Of a stretch of 64,000 nucleotides of DNA, positions 19,652 through 29,149 are shown one piece after another; positions within the stretch are counted from its first letter, which is position 1, and the number at the start of each line of letters is the position of its first letter. The position numbers and the translations under genes are program-made. Under the pieces are notes generated by a model. The model worked only from the letters and a program-made list of their open reading frames with translations. It made no database searches and had not been told where the DNA came from. The DNA is from Spirochaetia bacterium (lineage in GTDB: Bacteria; Spirochaetota; Spirochaetia; UBA9216): assembly GCA_965140585.1 (NCBI GenBank), contig OZ223268.1, positions 1 to 64,000 of the forward strand. Reading direction: 5' to 3'.

Positions 19652-20623
19652 GTGGTTGAAAAAATAAATGAAAGATTATCCGGCAGAAGAATATCAACAA
19701 TTTTAAAAGATAACGGAGTCTTAATTGTATTACTGGGTATTATTATTATTCTATCATTTGCATCGCCCTACTTCCTGCAAATCGGAAATATTATGGATGT
19801 GGCTAAACAGGCGGCTATCAATGGAATTATCGCGCTGGGTATGACCTATGTCATAACTACCGGAGGTATTGATCTTTCAGTTGGTTCTACCTGGGCATTA
19901 AGCGGAGTTACTGCAGCGCTACTCATGAAAGCAGGAATTCCATGGCCGCTTGCTCTTATCGCCTGCATAATAGTCGGTTGTATATGCGGATATCTTTCCG
20001 GATTACTGATCACAAAGGGAAAACTTCAGCCCTTTATTGCAACCCTTGCAACCATGAATGTATACCGCGGACTTGCACTGATAATCACAGGGGGCTACAC
20101 AATTTATGGACTTCCGCAGTCTTTCAGAACTATAGGCGGAGGTACTGTTTTACAGTTTATACCAATGGCAGTAATTATTTTCCTTTTTATCTATATTATC
20201 TCATGGCTTATTTTCAGCCATCAGGTTTTCGGAAGATACTTGACCGCTATAGGAAATAACAGGGAAGCCGCCCGCCTCACAGGTATAAATGTGAATAAAA
20301 TGATTACTCTATCTTATATGTATTCCGGACTTCTTTGCGCAATAGGCGGCGGTATTGTGGCGACATCAAGACTTGGAGCCGCAGAACCAACTATTGGCAG
20401 CGGCGCTGAACTTAATGCAATTGCTGCAGTGGTAATAGGCGGTACTTCAATGGCTGGCGGTGAAACAAAAATTCGTGGAACCTTATTTGGTGCAATTTTA
20501 TTAAGTGCAATCAACAATGGGCTGACACTCCTTAATGTACCTACTTACTACAAGATTGCTGTAATCGGTCTGATCATCATAATTGCAATGCTCGTTGATT
20601 CATTCAGCAGAGCTGAAAAATAA
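19652..20623 (+). CDS. Sugar ABC transporter permease (RbsC/AlsC-like)
   Basis: GGIDLSVGS, PFIATLAT, AIGNNREAARLTG, IAAVVIGGTSM. Confidence 0.95.
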   Translation: MVEKINERLSGRRISTILKDNGVLIVLLGIIIILSFASPYFLQIGNIMDVAKQAAINGIIALGMTYVITTGGIDLSVGSTWALSGVTAALLMKAGIPWPLALIACIIVGCICGYLSGLLITKGKLQPFIATLATMNVYRGLALIITGGYTIYGLPQSFRTIGGGTVLQFIPMAVIIFLFIYIISWLIFSHQVFGRYLTAIGNNREAARLTGINVNKMITLSYMYSGLLCAIGGGIVATSRLGAAEPTIGSGAELNAIAAVVIGGTSMAGGETKIRGTLFGAILLSAINNGLTLLNVPTYYKIAVIGLIIIIAMLVDSFSRAEK

Positions 20624-20677
20624 AATTGGTTGATTAAATTCCAGCTAAAACTGGAAAATTATTTAAGGAGGAAGCAA

Positions 20678-21757
20678 ATGAGGAAAGTTGCTTTCATAGC
20701 AGTATTATTACTGTTGACTTGTCTGACTTTTACTTGGGCAGGAGGAAATCAGGAAACTAAATCAGTACCTGCAACAGGAAGTGTTGCATTCTTGGATGAC
20801 TCAGAAGGTCTTGTTAATGGAGAATTCCTGGATGGCGTACCTAAACCCAGCAAGAATTATAAAATTGCAAACATCACACGAACACTCCTGAACGCTCACT
20901 GGATTAAAAACGGTGAAGGATTTGAAGCTGCAGGTGCACATTACGGAGTGACCGCAGATGTATTCGCAGTTCAGTCTGAACAGGACGTAATGGATCAGGC
21001 AAACATTCTTGATACAGTAATTGAAAAAGGATACGACGCAATTGTCTGCTCTCCGATTACTGAACAGAATCTGCTTCCCGGCCTTTCTAAAGCCAGTGCA
21101 GCAGGTATAGTAATTGTCAATGTCGATACAGCAGCAATTACAAAAGCTGATGCAAAGCTTAATAACATTGAAATTACAACATTTATTGGTTCTGATAACT
21201 ATGATGCAGGTGTTATGGCAGCTGATTACATAAGTAAACAGCTCGGCAGCAAATCAGGCAAGGTTGCAATTATTGAAGGTAATCCTGCTGATACATGTGC
21301 TGTTGACAGAACAGGCGGTTTCGCCGACAGAGCAAAAGAACTCTCAAACCTTACACTTGTAGCTTCACAGACTGCAAAATGGGACAGACTCCAGGCTCTT
21401 GATGTCACAACAAGTATTCTCCGTGCTAATCCTGATATTCGGGGTATCTATTGCAACAACGACACCATGGTTCTTGGTGCAATGCAGGCAGCTCAGGATC
21501 TAGGATATGAAATACTTACCAGCGATACTCTTAATAAAGCAGGACAGGACAAGACTCTGCTGCTCATAGGTAATGACGGCGTAGCCGAAGCTCTTGAGGC
21601 TGTTCAGAATGGTGCTCTTACCGGTACCATCGCTCAGAAACCCTACCTTATGGGATATGCAGCAGTAGAAGCAGCAATCATGAAACTGGAAGGTAAAACA
21701 CCTGAAAGTCTGATTGCAACACCAATCAAGCTAGTTGTTAAGAGCGACTATAAATAA
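20678..21757 (+). CDS. Sugar ABC substrate-binding protein (AlsB/RbsB-like)
   Basis: Signal peptide ending AGGNQE; RTLLNAHW, GSDN, LVASQTAKWDR, YCNNDTM. ATG 20678 follows AAGGAGG. Confidence 0.9.
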   Translation: MRKVAFIAVLLLLTCLTFTWAGGNQETKSVPATGSVAFLDDSEGLVNGEFLDGVPKPSKNYKIANITRTLLNAHWIKNGEGFEAAGAHYGVTADVFAVQSEQDVMDQANILDTVIEKGYDAIVCSPITEQNLLPGLSKASAAGIVIVNVDTAAITKADAKLNNIEITTFIGSDNYDAGVMAADYISKQLGSKSGKVAIIEGNPADTCAVDRTGGFADRAKELSNLTLVASQTAKWDRLQALDVTTSILRANPDIRGIYCNNDTMVLGAMQAAQDLGYEILTSDTLNKAGQDKTLLLIGNDGVAEALEAVQNGALTGTIAQKPYLMGYAAVEAAIMKLEGKTPESLIATPIKLVVKSDYK

Positions 21758-21784
21758 GATTATTTACCAGAAGTAAAAGTACAG

Positions 21785-21817
21785 AAGGGATGACAGTAAT
21801 GTCATCCCTTTTGTTTT
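21785..21817 (+). terminator. Rho-independent terminator
   Basis: AAGGGATGACA-GTAA-TGTCATCCCTT followed by TTGTTTT. Confidence 0.9.
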
Positions 21818-21867
21818 CAGCCTGTCATTATATTAGAATTTACCTGATATTGTATGTCGGAAGGTCA

Positions 21868-22467
21868 TCAGCTATGAATCGACAGCCCATAATCAATTTT
21901 TTTGATGCATGAAATCATTTTTAATTCCAGATTGTATGATCCATTGTGCATACACCAGTCAAAAGCAAAACCTCTGGCAATTATCAGCAGATTGTTTGCA
22001 ACAACATTCGGGTTAAAATAAATTAAACCGTTTTTATTATTTGATGATGATACGATTATAGCTTCAATTTTGCGAATTAAATAAAGTTCGATATTATAAA
22101 TCATTTTATTGTCATAATTCAATATCTGTCTTATATAATAGACTTCGCTTTCTTTGATAAACTTTGCATACTTGGTAAAAAACAAAACTATTTTTTCCTG
22201 GGCTGTAACAGCCCTTTCGATATTTGTACAAAACTCCTCTTCTTCAAAGGTTTCATAGATCCTGTAAAGCAATTCCTTAACCGCCTCATCTTTGGATTTA
22301 TAATGATGGTAGAAAGCTCCAATAGAAATATTAATTTTCTGTACAATATCCTGAACCGTAAAATTATCTAAACCATTTTCTACGATAAGTTCCTTTACAG
22401 AATCAGAAATCAACCTCTTTGTTTTTTTCGCCTGAATTTTTCTTTTTGACACAACTGCAACAGCCAC
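21868..22467 (-). CDS. TetR/AcrR family regulator
   Basis: N-terminal HTH FTVQDIVQKINISIGAFYHHYKSKD. Confidence 0.9.
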   Translation of the reverse strand: MAVAVVSKRKIQAKKTKRLISDSVKELIVENGLDNFTVQDIVQKINISIGAFYHHYKSKDEAVKELLYRIYETFEEEEFCTNIERAVTAQEKIVLFFTKYAKFIKESEVYYIRQILNYDNKMIYNIELYLIRKIEAIIVSSSNNKNGLIYFNPNVVANNLLIIARGFAFDWCMHNGSYNLELKMISCIKKIDYGLSIHS

Positions 22468-22512
22468 ACTCTTACTCCATAATCAGGATTTTATTTTCAT
22501 ATCGGGAAATAG

Positions 22513-23517
22513 CTAGCTTAAAAAATGTTTCCCGTATAATTGTAATTCATCTTCATATATCTTTTTTACATCAGGAAATATCGGAACAATATTGGGGATA
22601 CACGGAATAAAATTCCCCTGAGGTACATATAAATCGATGCATCTTCTGACTTCATCTCTTATTACAAGTTCATCAAAATCTGGTCGGTCGATAACGGGGG
22701 CATCAATACCGCCTATCAGAGCCATTCTTCCATTAATGATATTTTGAATTTCTAGAATATTGTTCTGTGGAATTATCCCCTGCCAACCGTCAATTCCCAT
22801 CTCAACCATGTCTTCAACAATCGGTTCGCATATACTGTCTGAATGATGAAGGAAGATTACCCCACGTGATTTAACATAACTGACAATTTCCTGATGGTGG
22901 GGTTTAATAAGACTCCTCCAAACTTCCGGAGGGAGAAACAGGTTATCTTTACTGCCCCAGTCATCATGATACAGGATAACATCCGGTTTAATATTGTCTA
23001 TTACTTGTTTAAGATGCTCAATTTTCCACTTCTTGATTTCTCCGATTAAATCAAACATATGCTCCTGTTCAAGCATATAATTTACAAGTGCATCCTCGAA
23101 TCCCATCAGGTAATGGGTCCTTTCAAAAAGTCCGCTGGAGATCATGCTGCAGACAAGGTATTCGGAGCGATCAATTTTACCCGAGCTTTCTATTGCAGTA
23201 CTCCAGTCGTGCCCGGAGAGTGGCGGAAGGAGTAAATCCTCTTTCCACCTTTTAAGATCTTTAATTGCTTTATTTTCACTATTTACGATCGGAGTTCCAC
23301 CGAGATGGCCTTCCGCCATCTTCCAGGTTACTCCAAATTGATCCAGATACTCTCCGACTCTCCTGTTTCCTTTACTTGTGACTGTAATAGGATCCTGAAT
23401 AAATTTATTATGGAATGTATCACCCTTAAAAGCTTCCCACGGTTCAGATATCCATCCTGGATTATCATTCTTCAGCAGTCTAAGCCAATTTTCTTTTTTC
23501 GTCATTCGGTACTCCAA
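22513..23517 (-). CDS. Uroporphyrinogen decarboxylase / MtaA-CmuA-like methyltransferase fold protein
   Basis: DQFGVTW, LFERTHYLMGFEDAL, HDDWG, HHSD, GGID, FIPC. Confidence 0.85.
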   Translation of the reverse strand: MEYRMTKKENWLRLLKNDNPGWISEPWEAFKGDTFHNKFIQDPITVTSKGNRRVGEYLDQFGVTWKMAEGHLGGTPIVNSENKAIKDLKRWKEDLLLPPLSGHDWSTAIESSGKIDRSEYLVCSMISSGLFERTHYLMGFEDALVNYMLEQEHMFDLIGEIKKWKIEHLKQVIDNIKPDVILYHDDWGSKDNLFLPPEVWRSLIKPHHQEIVSYVKSRGVIFLHHSDSICEPIVEDMVEMGIDGWQGIIPQNNILEIQNIINGRMALIGGIDAPVIDRPDFDELVIRDEVRRCIDLYVPQGNFIPCIPNIVPIFPDVKKIYEDELQLYGKHFLS

Positions 23518-23524
23518 TTTAAAG

Positions 23525-24820
23525 CTATACTAATAAAAGTGTGATTGCAGGAAAGGCTACAAGCAGTACAACTCTAACAACATCAGCAAAAACAAATGGA
23601 ATTACACTCTTATAGATCTCACCGGTGGTAGCTTCTTTCTCAAACAGTCCCTTCATCATAAACAGATTCATACCCACAGGCGGTGTTACAACCGCAAGCT
23701 CAGCCATTATTGCAACTATAACGCCAAACCATATACCGCTGTATCCCAGAACCTGGGTGAAGATCGGATACAGAAAAGGAACAATAAGTACAATTGTAGA
23801 AGTTACCGGCATAACAAACCCAAGAAGGAAAAGTACAAGAAGAGACAATATAACAACAACAATGTTCGGCAGATTATTAGCTGTAATAAGATCAATCAGC
23901 CAGATATTCAATCCGCTTAATGCCATTAAACGGGAAAATATTACTGAACCGATGATGATACTGAATGCCATGCAGCTTAATTTCACAGTATCAACAAAAC
24001 ATTTCTTTATTACTATCCAATCAAAACCCTTTTTCGAAATCATGATTACCAGTGCACCAATAGCGCCAATGGCAGAGGCTTCCGTCGGAGAAAAAACTCC
24101 AAGATAAATACCGCCTATAACAAGAACCATAAGTACCAGCATTCCCCATGTGCCTTTCAGACTTGCAAGTTTCTGTACAAAGGTTGTCTTTTCTCCCCTG
24201 GGACCTTTCCATATACCTAATGAAATTAAAAGTATTATGACGAGACAGTAAAGAATGGCTTCAAGTGCTCCGGGAATAATACCAGCAATAAAAAGCTTTC
24301 CTATTGATTCATCAGTAATGCTTCCATATACGATAAATGAAATACTTGGAGGTATCATACTGCCCAGAGTTGCCGAACAACAGATTGTTCCGAGCGACAG
24401 CTCTTTACTATAACCGTGCTCTTTCATTGGACCGTAGGAAACAGGTCCGAAAACCAGCATTCCGGAACTGCTTGAACCGGTACATGCAGCAAACCCCGCA
24501 CATCCCCAGATAGTTGCAAAAGCCAGTCCACCCGGAAGTCTGCCCAGCCATGCTGATGCAGTTTTATATAAATCAGAACCAATACCTGAATGATTTGCAA
24601 ACATGCCCATCAGGACAAACAACGGAACAGCCATGAGTTCATAACTGGTCCCCTGTGTCCATGCTGAAATTGACAGGTAACTTAATGCAGGATGAAATCC
24701 CAACAGGGCTATAAGACCTGCAAATCCGGTCAGCATAAATGCAAATGCTATAGGCATCCGGCTGAATATCAGGATAAATAAAATAACTAAAGCGATTAGA
24801 CCAATTGTAAATGGTTCCAT
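23525..24820 (-). CDS. dctM: TRAP transporter large permease
   Basis: AVPLFVLMG, GGLA, GSMIPPS, LFIAGIIPG, TPPVGMNLF. Confidence 0.95.
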   Translation of the reverse strand: MEPFTIGLIALVILFILIFSRMPIAFAFMLTGFAGLIALLGFHPALSYLSISAWTQGTSYELMAVPLFVLMGMFANHSGIGSDLYKTASAWLGRLPGGLAFATIWGCAGFAACTGSSSSGMLVFGPVSYGPMKEHGYSKELSLGTICCSATLGSMIPPSISFIVYGSITDESIGKLFIAGIIPGALEAILYCLVIILLISLGIWKGPRGEKTTFVQKLASLKGTWGMLVLMVLVIGGIYLGVFSPTEASAIGAIGALVIMISKKGFDWIVIKKCFVDTVKLSCMAFSIIIGSVIFSRLMALSGLNIWLIDLITANNLPNIVVVILSLLVLFLLGFVMPVTSTIVLIVPFLYPIFTQVLGYSGIWFGVIVAIMAELAVVTPPVGMNLFMMKGLFEKEATTGEIYKSVIPFVFADVVRVVLLVAFPAITLLLV

Positions 24821-24822
24821 TG

Positions 24823-25308
24823 CTATTCACACTCCTTGTGGCTGCAGTTTTCGATAAAATCGACTAAAAATTGTAGAACCATGGCAACAGAACCGATCAG
24901 CACAAATGACTTTATGGGCCAGACCGGAAGTCCAAGCATATCAGTAGTTTCATGTAAAGCCATGCTGTCTTTTATAAAAATTATTGACTGCCAGCCCATA
25001 AAGAAAAATAAAGCAAGTCCAAGAATCGGCATCAAGACATTTAATATTTTCTTAGTCGGCTCAGGCATTTTGTTATATACAACATCAATTTCAATGTGAA
25101 ATTTTTCAGCTTGGGTAAACCCCCACCCTAGAAATACAATTGTTGCCATACATAATTCTGAAAGCTCAAATGCTCCTATAAGGGGTTTGCCCAGCACATA
25201 TCTGCCGAAAACATCTATTCCTGTAATTGCCATTACGAAAATCAATGAAAAAGCAGCTATAGTACTTAATACTCTTCTATTGAAAAAGTTAACAATTTTC
25301 TTGAACAT
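24823..25308 (-). CDS. dctQ: TRAP transporter small permease
   Basis: DVFGRY, EL, HIEID; 4 TM segments. Confidence 0.92.
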   Translation of the reverse strand: MFKKIVNFFNRRVLSTIAAFSLIFVMAITGIDVFGRYVLGKPLIGAFELSELCMATIVFLGWGFTQAEKFHIEIDVVYNKMPEPTKKILNVLMPILGLALFFFMGWQSIIFIKDSMALHETTDMLGLPVWPIKSFVLIGSVAMVLQFLVDFIENCSHKECE

Positions 25309-25330
25309 GCTTATTATCTCCGGATATTCT

Positions 25331-26416
25331 TTAGTTCAGCTTCGGTGGCTTTTCACCTAATGATTCAAGTATCTCTATAAATCTGTTTACTAGTTTATCT
25401 CCAACATAACCTTTAGAATTCAAATCTTTTATGTAGGATTTCCATATTGGAGCAGCTGTGGCTTTCAAGTCATCAAGATCGGATTCCTTCCAGTTATAAA
25501 CCTCAATATCATTTTCCGCAAGAACATTGTATGCCTCAATATCCTGATCTAATCCGGACTGCATATATATAAATGCATATTCGTGAAATACCTCTTTTAT
25601 TGTTTCCTGAATATCTTCAGGCAGACTGTTAAACTTTGCTTTATTCATGGCATTAGCACCATTTGCCATAGCGTAAAAACCTACATCCAGTAAAGCTTCG
25701 CATTCAAGTTCATAGAATTTGTATTTAATAACTGAACTTGCAGGATGTACCCATACATCTACAAGGCCTGTCTGCCAAGAGGTATATGCATCACTAATTG
25801 CAATATTTACGGGAACCATCCCTATCGACTCTTCCCATTTTGTTGCAAGCCCACCGGGAGCTCTTGCCTTCAACCCTTTTAATTCTTTAACATTCATAGG
25901 TTTACTTGTTCTAAACATAAACCTGTATAAAGGAGTTGAATGAAAGCCGAGCCATTCCACTTCATCCCACATGTCATCAAAATATCCCTCTTCAGTCAGG
26001 GTATACATAGCTTTCATCAGATTTCTAGGGTCCTGAGCAGCAAAGGGAAGATTGGCAACATCAGCAAGCAGAAACTTGCCTGGAACATATGGTGTGGCAA
26101 AATCTGTAACATCAGCTATTCCATCTCTAATTAGATTATACTGATCCGAAGACTTGCCAAGTGCGCTTGACCAGTAAACTTTAAATTCAACACGTCCTTC
26201 TGTTCTCTTTGTAATTTCATCCAGCATCGGTGTCAGCCATATAACCGACTGCGGATCATTAGGCGGCCTGTTTGTCGCATAGGATAACACTATTGGTTTA
26301 TCACTTGAGATACCAGTCCCTTCCTGATCGCCATTTGCAAATACACTGGCGCTAATACTTAGTGTTATAAGTATTAAACACAAGAATACTTTTCTAAAAT
26401 CCAATCCTTTCAACAT
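25331..26416 (-). CDS. dctP: TRAP substrate-binding protein
   Basis: KRTEGRV, DGIAD, NLPF, LKGLKARAPG, MNKAKFNSLPEDIQ. Start MLKG follows GGAGG. Confidence 0.92.
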   Translation of the reverse strand: MLKGLDFRKVFLCLILITLSISASVFANGDQEGTGISSDKPIVLSYATNRPPNDPQSVIWLTPMLDEITKRTEGRVEFKVYWSSALGKSSDQYNLIRDGIADVTDFATPYVPGKFLLADVANLPFAAQDPRNLMKAMYTLTEEGYFDDMWDEVEWLGFHSTPLYRFMFRTSKPMNVKELKGLKARAPGGLATKWEESIGMVPVNIAISDAYTSWQTGLVDVWVHPASSVIKYKFYELECEALLDVGFYAMANGANAMNKAKFNSLPEDIQETIKEVFHEYAFIYMQSGLDQDIEAYNVLAENDIEVYNWKESDLDDLKATAAPIWKSYIKDLNSKGYVGDKLVNRFIEILESLGEKPPKLN

Positions 26417-26652
26417 AAATATTCCTCCATTCCTTTTTTTCAAGCATCAACTTCTTTTAAGTATTCGTCATATGCTTAAGTTTGTGAGATATTATCAGTG
26501 AAATTTTGGGCTGTCAAATTTTATTTTTCATAAACTTCTAGTTTTTTAATTAAAATTACAATTTTAAAAGAAATTTGAAGGTAGGATTTTTTATATTATA
26601 TTATTATCACAACAGAAGTTAAAACATGATTTTCACAACTTTTTAATTTTAT

Positions 26653-27531
26653 TTATATTTTTAAAAATTTATTTTCAATTTCCCGGCTAACATCAAGGAC
26701 ATGCGGATTTTCCATATTTTCCCTGCGTACACATAATATTCCAACCTGTGACCCAGCAATTGGGATATCTTTAAAAATCAATGTATCAGAATCACTTCCT
26801 TCAAAGTTCTTAGGTAATATTGCAAAGCCGTGTCCGGATTCCAGATGAACCAATAAAGTAATTAAATCATGACATAAAAGTTTATTCCGATAAGTTATTG
26901 AACTATCCCAGGCAATAGCATCATTTTGTATTACACGCCGCGGCATCATTAACCTGGTATCATTTTTTAAATCGCTGATACTGAAATCCTGTTTCTCAGC
27001 CAAAGAATGTCTTTTAGAAAATACAATATACAATTTATCATTTTTCAGTACAGTAGTTTTAACAGAAGGCCAGGACTGCCAATGATTAGATGTGGAGATA
27101 CATATATCAAGCTCTCCGTCATGAAGTCTGTTTTTTAAATTATTTAAATCATACAGCTTAATATCAAAATAAACTTCAGGATATTTTTCAGATAAGAAAT
27201 CCATTATTGGAATAATAATTTTCTTTCTTGAGAAGTATGCAAAAAAACCGATAGTGATTATTGAGTTCTTATCCTGGGTAACCCCATGTACTCTTTCCAT
27301 CACTTCATCAATCTGAAAATTTATTTTAGAGAACTCATCCCTCAATATCTTTCCTGCAACAGTCAGAGTCACACTCCTGGTAGTTCTATAAAATAAAATT
27401 ACGCCCAGTCTTTGTTCAAGAAAATTTATCTGCTTTGTTACTGCCTGTTGCGTTATACACAAACGTTCCGCAGCCTTGGTAAAACTTAAATAATTCGCGA
27501 CTTCAAGAAAACATCTTATCTGATGGTACAT
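26653..27531 (-). CDS. LysR family regulator
   Basis: SFTKAAERLCITQQAVTKQI..LE..LGVILFYRTTRSVTLT. Confidence 0.95.
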   Translation of the reverse strand: MYHQIRCFLEVANYLSFTKAAERLCITQQAVTKQINFLEQRLGVILFYRTTRSVTLTVAGKILRDEFSKINFQIDEVMERVHGVTQDKNSIITIGFFAYFSRKKIIIPIMDFLSEKYPEVYFDIKLYDLNNLKNRLHDGELDICISTSNHWQSWPSVKTTVLKNDKLYIVFSKRHSLAEKQDFSISDLKNDTRLMMPRRVIQNDAIAWDSSITYRNKLLCHDLITLLVHLESGHGFAILPKNFEGSDSDTLIFKDIPIAGSQVGILCVRRENMENPHVLDVSREIENKFLKI

Positions 27532-27543
27532 GCTTCACATCCC

Positions 27544-27570
27544 TTATTAACAATTAACGGTTGTTAATAA
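27544..27570. promoter_or_regulatory. Inverted repeat just upstream of lysR, candidate regulator binding site
   Basis: TTATTAACAA-N7-TTGTTAATAA (perfect 10-bp arms) in the divergent intergenic region. Confidence 0.5.
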
Positions 27571-27704
27571 AAGTATAAGTTGTTTTATCTTTTTTGTTAA
27601 CAGATTTATACTCCAAAACATCAGTATGATTCTAACTCTATTTAGAGCACCGGCAGCATACTGTTTACATATACAGCATACAAGCTATTTACATAGGAGA
27701 AATT

Positions 27705-28166
27705 ATGAGCGAAACAAAATTTGGACATTTTATTCTTGAAGAACCTTTCGGGAAATCAGTCCATTCAGAAATCATCCAGCCTATAATAAGTATAGGCAGA
27801 AAAGAACCGGTAAAGCAGTGGGAAGGTTTTCCTTTCAATATGACAATGGAGGCAATAACAACTCCGGTAAGCATGGGCGGCCATGGTCATACCCATGACT
27901 ATGATGAGATACTGATGTTTTTCGGAGCGGACCCAATGAATTATCAGGATTTTCAGGCTGAAGCATATATCATGCTTGGACCAGACAATGAAGAAAAAGA
28001 AAAGCATATAATCAATAAAACTTCATTTATCTGGATTCCAAAAGGACTTATGCATTGCCCGCTTGTTTTCACCCGTATTGATTCTCCAGTTGTCTTTGCA
28101 TTTATTGAATTCACTGAAATCTATAAAGCTAACAAAAAACCGGAAGATTTAATTAAACAGATGTAA
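27705..28166 (+). CDS. Cupin-like metal-binding hypothetical protein
   Basis: HTHDYDE and IPKGLMHCP, the cupin two-motif pattern. Confidence 0.7.
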   Translation: MSETKFGHFILEEPFGKSVHSEIIQPIISIGRKEPVKQWEGFPFNMTMEAITTPVSMGGHGHTHDYDEILMFFGADPMNYQDFQAEAYIMLGPDNEEKEKHIINKTSFIWIPKGLMHCPLVFTRIDSPVVFAFIEFTEIYKANKKPEDLIKQM

Positions 28167-28171
28167 CCTCT

Positions 28172-28201
28172 TCAAACTCCGTATTTTTGTACGGAGTTTG
28201 A
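28172..28201. terminator. Intergenic hairpin (terminator or mRNA-stabilising element)
   Basis: TCAAACTCCGTA-N6-TACGGAGTTTGA. Confidence 0.55.
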
Positions 28202-28223
28202 TTCGACAAGGCAAGGATGAGAA

Positions 28224-28979
28224 ATGAACACATTTGACTTTTCCATTTATAATAATTTTTCTTTTGAATACAAACCTGTTGGAGTAAAATTTCATCTCAC
28301 TCAACCCAGGGATATTGAATATCTGGAAAAAAAAATATCTTTCTGTGAGATGTTAAAAGAAGCTCAAATTAGTAATAAACCTTTTTATATAAAAAATGAA
28401 AACCATGAATGCAAAGCCGGTTCGATTGTACTGGGAATGTCTGAAGCCGACCCCGTTTTTGAAAGCGGCCAAATTGGACCAAGACTTGGTGTATTTGAGG
28501 ATACCAGAGCGAATGAGCGACTCTATATAGATCTTCCCAAAATTCATACTAAGAGTATAAACTATGTTTCGTATACACCACATGAACAGTTATCCGTTGT
28601 TCCGGATCTGTTGATCCTTACAGCAACACCGAGCCAGGCAGAAATCATTTTAAGATCATTTAATTACAGAACAGGAGCGACCTGGAATGCAAAAGGCAAC
28701 ACTGTAGTAGGTTGTGCTTACCTTTATGCATATCCGTATATTAGTGGTGAACTCAATATTATGATAAGCGGTCTTCATCATGGAATGAAGGCAAGAAAAC
28801 TGTTCCCTGAGGGTTTGCTATTTTTATCAATTCCCTATAATTTAATTCCTGAAATAACTGAAAATTTAAAAACCATTGACTGGGAACTGCCTCAATATTC
28901 CTGGGGTAAAAAGACTCATCTTGAGAATATGAGCAGAATTATTAAAGATGTAAATATTGAACTGCAGCATAGTAATTAA
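28224..28979 (+). CDS. DUF169 family protein
   Basis: PVGVKF, FCEM, HEC..G..VLG, PDLLILTATPSQA, GC, R.LFPEG. Confidence 0.75.
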   Translation: MNTFDFSIYNNFSFEYKPVGVKFHLTQPRDIEYLEKKISFCEMLKEAQISNKPFYIKNENHECKAGSIVLGMSEADPVFESGQIGPRLGVFEDTRANERLYIDLPKIHTKSINYVSYTPHEQLSVVPDLLILTATPSQAEIILRSFNYRTGATWNAKGNTVVGCAYLYAYPYISGELNIMISGLHHGMKARKLFPEGLLFLSIPYNLIPEITENLKTIDWELPQYSWGKKTHLENMSRIIKDVNIELQHSN

Positions 28980-29149
28980 CTTTTTAAACACTATTTCAGT
29001 CAGTTTTATCTATATTATACACCTCACAGAGGGAATCCTTGTAGGCAGGCATACCAGAGGTTTTGTCTATCCGGTTATGGTCTGTCAGGATATTTACATT
29101 AGCTCCGGAGATACTGTTCGCGACCTGCCAGGAACCTCCGAAGTGAAAC

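Noticed and set aside
22513-23517. Heme-pathway hemE
   Set aside because: Lacks the HemE RQAGR motif and has no hem gene context
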